Assembly: GCA_019244185.1 (NCBI GenBank)
Contig: JAFATB010000022.1
Location: forward strand, 352,001 to 416,000
Reading direction: 5' to 3'
Source: Acidobacteriota bacterium
GTDB taxonomy: Bacteria > Acidobacteriota > Thermoanaerobaculia > Gp7-AA8
Length of the DNA stretch: 64,000 nt
The position numbers and the translations under genes were made by a program. The notes under the pieces are model-generated. The model had not been told where the DNA came from. It saw nothing but the letters and a program-made list of their open reading frames with translations, and made no database searches. The first letter of the stretch is position 1. Each line of letters starts with the position of its first letter. Shown one piece after another: positions 56,997 to 64,000 of the stretch.

Positions 56997-58100
56997 CTAC
57001 GAGATTTCTTTCGGCGGACGCTCGACGACCTTGTCGCCTTTCTTGAGACCGGAGAGGATCTCGATGTTCAGACCGTCGGAGATACCGGTCTTGATCTCGA
57101 CCTTCTTCGGCTCGATCTTCGGATCGCCGCTCGGCAGCTCGACGAATGCCTTCTTGCCGCCGTCGTCGAACGAGACCAGGCGTTCCGGCAGCACGAGCAC
57201 GTCTTTCTTCTCGCGGATGATGACGTCGGCGTTCGCGGAGTAGCCGGCGCGCAGCGTGATCTTCTGGCCCGCATCGAGCTCGATCTCGACGTCGAAGAGC
57301 GTGGCGCCTTCCTTCTGCTGCGCCTGCGGCGCGATGCGCGAGACCCTGCCGGTGACGACGTCGGTCGGCAGCGCGCCGACTTTGATGCGCGTGGTCATGC
57401 CCACCGAGAGCTTGCCGACGTCGATCTCGTCGACGGTGCCTTTGAAGATGAGGTCGGACATATCGGCGATGGTGGCCATCTCGGTGCCCGGTTGGTACGA
57501 GGTGAGCGGGACGATCGGATCGCCTTCGTTGACCGAGCGGCTGAGCACCGTGCCGGCGGCCGGCGCGCGGATGATGGATTCCTGTCCGCCGGTGGAGGCG
57601 AGGCGTCCTTTGCGCGTGAGCTCGCGGTTCTGCTGCGCGCGCGTCAGCGCCACGCGCGCGAGCTCGTACGCTTCTTTCTTCTGATCGACGTCCGACTTCG
57701 GCAGGACGCCGTTGCGCGAGAGCTCCGTCGCCCGCTGATAGTCGCTCTCCGCGCGCCGGAACGACGCCTCGGCCGAATCGACCGAGCGATCGACTTCCGT
57801 CACCTCGAGCGGCGTCGGATCGGCCGCGATCTCGAACAGCGCATCGCCGGCTTTCACCGTGTCGCCGACCTGGACGAGCGTGCGCCGCACGATCCCCGAG
57901 ATCTTCGACTTCACCTGGAACTTCTGCCGCGGCTGGATCTGTCCGACGGCGACCGCCTTCTCGACGATCGTTCCCTGCGTGACCTCGACCTGCTTGAGGC
58001 CGCCGTCTTTCTTCTGGCTGCTGCGGACGTACGCGTACGCGCCGGCGCTGAGCGCCGCGAGGATGATCAGCAGCAGCAGGATCTTCCAAAGTCTCGACAT
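56997..58100 (-). CDS. Efflux periplasmic adaptor (MFP)
   Basis: VKSKISG, GDTVKAG, VDEIDV. Confidence 0.92.
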   Translation of the reverse strand: MSRLWKILLLLIILAALSAGAYAYVRSSQKKDGGLKQVEVTQGTIVEKAVAVGQIQPRQKFQVKSKISGIVRRTLVQVGDTVKAGDALFEIAADPTPLEVTEVDRSVDSAEASFRRAESDYQRATELSRNGVLPKSDVDQKKEAYELARVALTRAQQNRELTRKGRLASTGGQESIIRAPAAGTVLSRSVNEGDPIVPLTSYQPGTEMATIADMSDLIFKGTVDEIDVGKLSVGMTTRIKVGALPTDVVTGRVSRIAPQAQQKEGATLFDVEIELDAGQKITLRAGYSANADVIIREKKDVLVLPERLVSFDDGGKKAFVELPSGDPKIEPKKVEIKTGISDGLNIEILSGLKKGDKVVERPPKEIS

Positions 58101-58137
58101 GACGTAGCTCTCCTGATGATGTGGAGTTACGCCAGTT

Positions 58138-58165
58138 GAGACGAAAGGTTGCAGCAGAAGGTTAG
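58138..58165 (-). promoter_or_regulatory. Putative ECF sigma promoter (AAC-N17-CGTC)
   Basis: minus strand ctaaccttctgctgcaacctttcgtctc. Confidence 0.35.
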
Positions 58166-58178
58166 GAGGCGCAGGCCG

Positions 58179-58913
58179 TCATGCGCCTTTCACCCCAAAC
58201 CTCTCGAGGTTCGCGCGGCACCGGCGGCTCACCGGCAATTCCGCGCCGCCGCGCAGGATGACCTGCGCGCGTCCGAAGAAGTCGCGGATCTCGCGGATGG
58301 CGTCGATCTGCACGAGCGCGCGGCGGTGGATGCGCACGAAGCGGCGCGGATCGAGACGTTGCTCGAAGGACTGCAGCGTCCCGCGATGGACGTACTTTGC
58401 GCCGCCGGCGTGCACGGCGACGTAATTGCCGATCGACTCGACCCAGTCGATGGCGGCGGTGCGGATGAAGAGCGCGCGCTCGTCGTGGCGGACGAGGAGG
58501 CGATCTGCAAACGGGGCAGGCCGGCTCGGCGCGGCGCCGGTTTCGTCCGCGCGCCGCAAGTTGCGGCGGATGCGCGCGAGCGTCTCGGCGAAGCGGCGGT
58601 CGTCGATCGGCTTGAGGACGTAGTCGAGCGCCGCGCGATCGAAGGCGTCGATCGCGTACGCGTCGTACGCGGTGACGAAGACGGTGAGCGGCATCTCGTC
58701 GATCCCGACGGCCTCCACGACTTCGAGGCCGCTCATCTCCGGCATCTGCACGTCGAGGAACACGACGTCGGGTTGCACGCGCTCGATCGCCGTCACGGCC
58801 TCGCGTCCGTCGCTGCATTCGCCGGCGATCAAGACGTCGTTCTCGCGGGAGAGCAGCTGCACGAGGCGCAGGCGCGCGAGCGGCTCGTCGTCGACGATGA
58901 GGACGCGCATCAT
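58179..58913 (-). CDS. LytTR family response regulator
   Basis: VDDEPLA, FLDVQMP, YVLKP, FVRIHR, PVSR. Confidence 0.95.
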   Translation of the reverse strand: MMRVLIVDDEPLARLRLVQLLSRENDVLIAGECSDGREAVTAIERVQPDVVFLDVQMPEMSGLEVVEAVGIDEMPLTVFVTAYDAYAIDAFDRAALDYVLKPIDDRRFAETLARIRRNLRRADETGAAPSRPAPFADRLLVRHDERALFIRTAAIDWVESIGNYVAVHAGGAKYVHRGTLQSFEQRLDPRRFVRIHRRALVQIDAIREIRDFFGRAQVILRGGAELPVSRRCRANLERFGVKGA

Positions 58914-59986
58914 CCGCGCTCCTTCGCGAAGTGCAGCGGCACTTCAATCCGCGCCACGACGCCGCTCGGCTCGCGGTTGCGCAGCTCGAACGCGTACGCG
59001 TCGCCGTAGAGATGCTCGAGACGCGCGACGGTGTTGCGGATGCCGATGCCGCCGCGCCGCGGCTCGTCGCGCAGGCCGCGCCCGTCGTCTTCGACGCGGA
59101 TCGCGAGCCGCTCGCCGTGCGGCGCGACGGAAACGTGCACCGAGCCGCCGCCGCGCGCCGCGGCGATGCCGTGGCGGATCGCGTTCTCGACGAGCGGCTG
59201 CAGGATGAAGCGCGGCACGAGCGCGCGGCGGACGACGGCGTCGATGTCGATGTCGACGCGCAGGCGCTCGCCGAGGCGCGCCTGTTCGACGGCGAGGTAA
59301 TCGCGCAGCAGCTCCTCCTCGCGCGCGACCGTCGTCTCCGCGGCGCCGCTGTCGTCGAGAAACGCGCGCAGGAGATTGGCGAGGCCGAGGAGCATGCGAT
59401 GCGCGGCGTCGACGTCCTGATGCATCAGCGCGGAGATCCCGTTGAGCGCGTTGAAGAGGAAATGCGGCTGCATCTGGTTCTGCAACGCGAGCAGCCGCGC
59501 CTCGCCGAGCTGGCGTTCGCGCTCGGCCGCGGCCTCGCGCTGCGCGCGCTCGCGTACGGTGACCTCGTGGACGATGACCAGCGCGAAGTAGGTGATGACG
59601 TTCGCGAAGAACGTGCGGCCGATCAGCGAGGAGATCCCCTCGGCGACCGCCGCGAGCGTCCACTGGCCGTGAATGAGCGGCTGATCGAGCGTCGCGCGCA
59701 CGACGATCTGGATGAGCGCGACGGCGACCGCCGCCGGCACGTGCACGGCGTACGACGACGCGCGACCGAGGCGGAAGCGCTGCGCGAGCGCGAAAACCGG
59801 CGCGAGCAGGAGCAGCCACGGTGCCCAGTGCGCGGTCGACTCCGCGAGCTCGGTGAGCCACGGCGCGCGGTCGCCGCGACTGTGGAGGAAGACGACGAGG
59901 TGGACGGCATACAGAACGGTTGCCGCCGCGAAGATCGTCGCGATCAGCGTGGCGGACGGGCCGCCGCGTCGCCGAGGTAGCGGCAT
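58910..59986 (-). CDS. LytS/YehU-type sensor histidine kinase
   Basis: TM region, QMQPHFLFNALN, LQPLVENAI.HG, DDG.G, GIGI.N; start uncertain. Confidence 0.92.
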   Translation of the reverse strand: MPLPRRRGGPSATLIATIFAAATVLYAVHLVVFLHSRGDRAPWLTELAESTAHWAPWLLLLAPVFALAQRFRLGRASSYAVHVPAAVAVALIQIVVRATLDQPLIHGQWTLAAVAEGISSLIGRTFFANVITYFALVIVHEVTVRERAQREAAAERERQLGEARLLALQNQMQPHFLFNALNGISALMHQDVDAAHRMLLGLANLLRAFLDDSGAAETTVAREEELLRDYLAVEQARLGERLRVDIDIDAVVRRALVPRFILQPLVENAIRHGIAAARGGGSVHVSVAPHGERLAIRVEDDGRGLRDEPRRGGIGIRNTVARLEHLYGDAYAFELRNREPSGVVARIEVPLHFAKERG

Positions 59987-60028
59987 GCGCTCACTATGCC
60001 GCGCGGCGGGGGAGACGTCCATGTGGCG

Positions 60029-60116
60029 GTGATGAGCGGTCGTGACGCATGACGAACGGCGCGCGCCGTTCGTCACGCGCTTTCGCCGCTCGTTGCGCGA
60101 TCGGACCGTTCGTCAC
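60029..60116. promoter_or_regulatory. LytTR direct repeats CCGYTCRTYRY, 20-bp period, in both orientations
   Basis: + strand 60066, 60086, 60106; - strand 60049-60059 and 60029-60039. Confidence 0.7.
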
Positions 60117-60159
60117 CGTTCGCGCGACGCGTGCGCGGCTGCCGCGTACGTTGGTGCCG

Positions 60160-62313
60160 ATGCGTCGTCCGGTCCTCGCCGCGCTGTTCTCGCTCTTCAT
60201 CTGCACGCGCGCGTTCGCGCTCGACATCGCGCGGCTGACGGCGGCGCCGGTCATCGACGGCGCGTTGGACGATGCGGCGTGGAGCAACGTGCCGGTCGCC
60301 GCGTCGTGGTACGACTTCGATCCCGGCGACAACGTCGCGCCGCCGGTGCGCACCGAAGCGCGCGTCGCCATCGACGGCGCGAACCTCTACGTCGCGTTCC
60401 GCTGCTTCGATCCGCATCCGGGCGAGATCCGCGCCCCGTTCTCCGCGCGCGATGCGATCGCGAGCGACGTCGACTACGCCGGCATCTTCGTCGACTCGCA
60501 CGGCGACGGACGCAGCGCGCAGTTCTTCCTCGGAAACGCGCGCGGCGTGCAGCGCGACGGCATCCGCAACGACGCCACCGGCGACGAGACCATCGATCCC
60601 GATTTTCTTTGGGACGCCGCCGCGCGCATCGACGCGGAAGGATGGACGCTCGAGCTGCGCATCCCGCTGGCGTCGCTGCGCTATTCGTCCGATGCGCCGC
60701 GCTGGCGCGTGCTGCTCGTGCGCAACTGGACGCGCGGGCAGCGGCATCGCATCGCGTCGACGCCCATCCCGCGCGGGTCGAGCTGCATCGTCTGCCACGC
60801 GGACGTCGTCGGGGGACTCGAGCTGCCGCGCGCCGCGCACGTGACGGCGGTGCCGTACGTCGCCGCGAGCAGGGAAGGCGGGCGGATGAAGTCGGAGGCC
60901 GGCGGCGATCTGCAGTACGCGCCGACGCCGAACGTCATCGTCGATGCGACGCTCAATCCCGATTTCTCGCAGGTCGAGTCGGACACGCCGGAGGTGTCGG
61001 CGAATCAGCGCTTCGCGATTTTCTATCCCGAGAAGCGGCCGTTATTTCTCGAAGGATTGCAACTCTTCGACACGCCGCTGCCGGTCGTCTCCACGCGCAC
61101 GATCACGTCGCCGCGCTGGGGCGCGCGCGTCACGCGCACGTCCGACCGCGGCGGTTTCACGTTGCTCGTCGCGCAGGACCGCGGCGGCGGAACGGTGATC
61201 ATCCCCGGACGTCTCTCGTCGTCGTTCGCGCCGCAGGCGTTCCGCTCGCTCGACTGGATCGCGCGCGGCTCGTCGAACTTCGGCTCCGTGAAGCTCGGCG
61301 CGGTGGCCACGGATCGCGAAGTCTCCGGCGGCGGCAACAATCGCGTCGTCGGCGCGGACGTGCAGTGGACGCGCCGCGACGTCGACGTCGTCACCGCCGA
61401 GCTCCTCGGCAGCCGCAGCAAGACGCCCGTGCGTCCCGACCTCGCCGCGGAGTGGGACGGACGCACCCCGAGCGGCACCGCCGCGAACGTGATCTGGAAA
61501 CACGCCACGGCGCGCTGGGATTGGTACGACCAGTACATCGGCTTCAGCGACGGCTTCCGCGCCGATCACGGCTTCGTCCCGCAGGTCGGCTTCCACGAGC
61601 TGTACACGAATACGGGCTACACCGTTCGTCCGCGCGGATTTCTGAACAACATTCGCTTCTACGTCACGACCGACTATGAGGCCGATCCCGAGGGCGACGT
61701 CATCTACCACGTCGACACGACCGGCGCGGACATGCTCGGCGCGCACAACTCGATGTTCCGCGCGCGCTTCGCCGCCGGCGAGCTGCGCGCGGGCTCGAAG
61801 ACGATCCGCCGCAATCAATTGCTCTTCATCGCGCAGGCGAGTCCGTCGAAACGCTGGACGCTCGTCGGCGCCGAGGGCTCGATCGGACAGCAGATCGACT
61901 TCGACGCGGAGCGTCGCGGCACCGGCGCGGCGATCCACTACTACGCCGCGATTCAGCCGCTCGACCGGCTCGAGGTCGCGCTCGACGGAAATCTCAATTG
62001 GGCCGGCCGCAACGGCGAAGGGCGCTTCTTCACCGCGCAGACCGAGCGGCTGCGCACGACGTGGGCGTTCGACGTGCGCTCGTCGTTGCGCGCAATCGTG
62101 CAGAACGAGCGGACCGTCCGCGCGGCAACGCCGGACGCCGCCGGCCGCGACGGCTCGCTCACCGCGTCGCTGCTCTTCCAGTACCGCCTCACGTACGCGA
62201 CCGGACTCTTCATCGGCGCGGGCGACAGCCGCGTGCTCGATCCGGCGAACGCCGCGTGGCGTGCGCGGGACCGCTCGCTGTTCGTGAAAGTGTCGTACGG
62301 GGTGGGGCGATGA
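60160..62313 (+). CDS. CBM9-like + DUF5916 outer-membrane protein
   Basis: PVIDGALDD.AW, W.LE.RIP, NPDFSQVESD, EKRP.F.EG, C-terminal FVKVSY. Confidence 0.88.
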   Translation: MRRPVLAALFSLFICTRAFALDIARLTAAPVIDGALDDAAWSNVPVAASWYDFDPGDNVAPPVRTEARVAIDGANLYVAFRCFDPHPGEIRAPFSARDAIASDVDYAGIFVDSHGDGRSAQFFLGNARGVQRDGIRNDATGDETIDPDFLWDAAARIDAEGWTLELRIPLASLRYSSDAPRWRVLLVRNWTRGQRHRIASTPIPRGSSCIVCHADVVGGLELPRAAHVTAVPYVAASREGGRMKSEAGGDLQYAPTPNVIVDATLNPDFSQVESDTPEVSANQRFAIFYPEKRPLFLEGLQLFDTPLPVVSTRTITSPRWGARVTRTSDRGGFTLLVAQDRGGGTVIIPGRLSSSFAPQAFRSLDWIARGSSNFGSVKLGAVATDREVSGGGNNRVVGADVQWTRRDVDVVTAELLGSRSKTPVRPDLAAEWDGRTPSGTAANVIWKHATARWDWYDQYIGFSDGFRADHGFVPQVGFHELYTNTGYTVRPRGFLNNIRFYVTTDYEADPEGDVIYHVDTTGADMLGAHNSMFRARFAAGELRAGSKTIRRNQLLFIAQASPSKRWTLVGAEGSIGQQIDFDAERRGTGAAIHYYAAIQPLDRLEVALDGNLNWAGRNGEGRFFTAQTERLRTTWAFDVRSSLRAIVQNERTVRAATPDAAGRDGSLTASLLFQYRLTYATGLFIGAGDSRVLDPANAAWRARDRSLFVKVSYGVGR

Positions 62314-62329
62314 CGTGTTCCAGCCCGAG

Positions 62330-62890
62330 TCACGTGCCCGATTCATGCGTCTGATGGATCGACGCGTGATCGAGATGCCATACGCGATCTTGCGGCGATG
62401 CGCCGTCGACGACGGATCGTCTCAGCGTGTAGCTTCCGACGAAGCGTTGCACCGTACCGGACTTCGCCGTCGATGTAATCGCGATCGGCACCTCGATGTA
62501 GCGCGATCCCGCGGCGCCCTCGATGCGCGACGGCGTGCCGGTCGTCGCGTTTACGGACGCGGTATCGGCGAATCCCTGGATGAATTTTGCTCGCGTTTGG
62601 CCCGGCGGTCCTGACGAGCCCCACGATGCATAGGCTCGGTCATAGTCATGCGATGCAATCGCTCGATAGTAGTCACGAACGACGGCGACGGCCTTCTGCG
62701 CATCGGTTTCGACCGCGGCACCTTCCACGACGCCCTCGGGTGCAAGCTCGCTCGCTGCACTATGCGAAACGCGATTCGTGGGAGCGGCGCCGACGCTCGT
62801 TCCGCTTGCGCCAGGATCGCCTGCGCGCCTGCAGGACGACACGAAGCACATGACGACGAAAGCGGAGCCGAGGATGCGCGCACGACGCAT
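62330..62890 (-). CDS. Hypothetical lipoprotein
   Basis: Lipobox-like VSSC; YY.AI..D..AY..W, EGAAGS.Y..VP. Confidence 0.75.
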   Translation of the reverse strand: MRRARILGSAFVVMCFVSSCRRAGDPGASGTSVGAAPTNRVSHSAASELAPEGVVEGAAVETDAQKAVAVVRDYYRAIASHDYDRAYASWGSSGPPGQTRAKFIQGFADTASVNATTGTPSRIEGAAGSRYIEVPIAITSTAKSGTVQRFVGSYTLRRSVVDGASPQDRVWHLDHASIHQTHESGT

Positions 62891-62937
62891 ACCCGACTCG
62901 ATGCAGAAGTCGCACCGTGGCGGACGTCACGCCCGCC

Positions 62938-63165
62938 CTAGTCCGGCAGGGCGATCTCCGACCACGGCAGCTTCCGAACCGCGAGGACGCGCGCGTCCAA
63001 CTCGTCCTGAGTGGCCGTGTTGCCGAGGACGCGCTGAACGTACGAAACCTCGGTCGAAACCAGCTTCGCGTTCAAGAGGCGTGTGGCAGCCTTCCTGACG
63101 TTCAACTCGGAGACTGCAACTTTCGGGACTCTCAGAGACGGTTGAACTTTCGTAATCTTCTTCAT
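62938..63165 (-). CDS. Small hypothetical protein (75 aa)
   Basis: AAAAGGA RBS + ATG, co-oriented downstream of RRM gene. Confidence 0.7.
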   Translation of the reverse strand: MKKITKVQPSLRVPKVAVSELNVRKAATRLLNAKLVSTEVSYVQRVLGNTATQDELDARVLAVRKLPWSEIALPD

Positions 63166-63221
63166 TGCGATCCTTTTCGACGAAGTGCGTGAAGCGTCGG
63201 ATTGACCTGTGACGATCACTC

Positions 63222-63500
63222 TCAGTTGCCGGCGACCGGGGGAGTCGGGGTCGGGCCGTTTTTGCGCGCGCGTGCTTCGCTGACTTTCAGCGGCTGTCCG
63301 TTGAACTCTTTGCCGTCGAGTCCCGTGACGGCCGCGCGAGCGTGGTCGTCATTGGCGTATTCGGCGAATCCAAACCCCTTCGATGCGCCATCGCGATCCT
63401 GCGCCAGCTCGACCGACGTGGTTTCGCCGAAGGGCTTGACGAGGTCCGCGAGCTGGCTTTGGGTGATTTCCTTCGAGAGATTTCCGATGTGCAGTTTCAT
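63222..63500 (-). CDS. RRM (RNP-1) RNA-binding protein
   Basis: LHIGNL (RNP2), KGFGFAE (RNP1), LKVSEAR. Confidence 0.93.
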   Translation of the reverse strand: MKLHIGNLSKEITQSQLADLVKPFGETTSVELAQDRDGASKGFGFAEYANDDHARAAVTGLDGKEFNGQPLKVSEARARKNGPTPTPPVAGN

Positions 63501-63662
63501 GGATGCTCCTGGCCGGTTTGGCCGTTCCGCTACCTCTCCGGGCGCACGTCGGGTGCTGGCGCAGAAGCCGGTATCGAATGTGGGGGGATCTAAGAGGCTG
63601 GGTTCAGAATCGCTGACTTAGTTCAACTGATCTGAGGGCGAGGAAGTTTCCTCGACTCGTTC

Positions 63663-63691
63663 ACTCTACACGGTTTCTCCCGGTAAGTCGA
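63663..63691 (-). promoter_or_regulatory. sigma70-like promoter TCGACT-N17-TAGAGT for RRM gene
   Basis: Exact 17-nt spacing; implies a leader of about 155 nt. Confidence 0.4.
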
Positions 63692-63778
63692 CGCGCGACT
63701 GCGCGCGCGGGCTGCGCCGCCCATGCTCCATTCTTCAATCGCGCTGCAAGCGCGCGCGTCTTCACGCGCCGCCGTTTC

Positions 63779-64000
63779 TCAGATCGGCGGTCCCGGCGGC
63801 ACCGTCGGAATCGCGCTCGGCTTCCACGCCTCCGCGGGTCGCGCGAGGAAGCGCGCGATGTCGTCGCGCGTGAGACGTCGATGCGCGGCTTCCGCCGGAT
63901 CGCTCGACGTCGCCGCGAGACGATCGGAGAGTCGGCGCAGCGCGTCGGTTGCATCGGCGCGGACCTGCGCGTCGTTGTCGGCGCCCGCCGCGAGCCCGGC
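63779..64000 (-). CDS. 3' end of a gene entering from the right, probably a zinc-dependent metalloprotease (EcxA/DUF4953-like)
   Basis: Open frame ..QVRADA..AAH..DIARFL.RP..PTVPPGPPI*. Confidence 0.6.
   Translation of the reverse strand, partial: AGLAAGADNDAQVRADATDALRRLSDRLAATSSDPAEAAHRRLTRDDIARFLARPAEAWKPSAIPTVPPGPPI

Overview
High-GC bacterial chromosome segment. Gene style (Oar-like TonB receptor, MacAB-type ABC clusters, secreted multi-domain proteins) suggests Acidobacteriota, possibly Thermoanaerobaculia; that is inference only. It holds about 50 CDS and no rRNA, tRNA or CRISPR array. Main points: (1) a hidden selenoprotein, a membrane-anchored rhodanese whose ORF reads through an in-frame TGA (YCT-U-PNEESSA) followed by a SECIS-like hairpin, inside a tight run of Cys-less desulfurase-like PLP enzyme > Sec-rhodanese > archease > RtcB. 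(2) A ~7.5 kb integrase-less Rhs toxin/immunity island bounded by a 74-bp near-perfect duplication of the pheT 3' end and carrying a degenerate copy of the TonB receptor 3' end. (3) A cluster of atypical aminoacyl-tRNA synthetases (PheS with YPYTEPS/WITILG/GTTR motif changes, PheT without the B2 domain, HLQEF-type LysS) around an unusually large, more AT-rich group II PLP decarboxylase. (4) A GNAT-aminotransferase fusion + desaturase operon, possibly making an N-acyl lipid. (5) Readable regulatory signals: LytTR repeats shared by two distant promoters, BlaI-like and GTTAAC operators, an RBS-occluding hairpin and many leaderless starts. All product calls come from motif recognition; no database searches were run.
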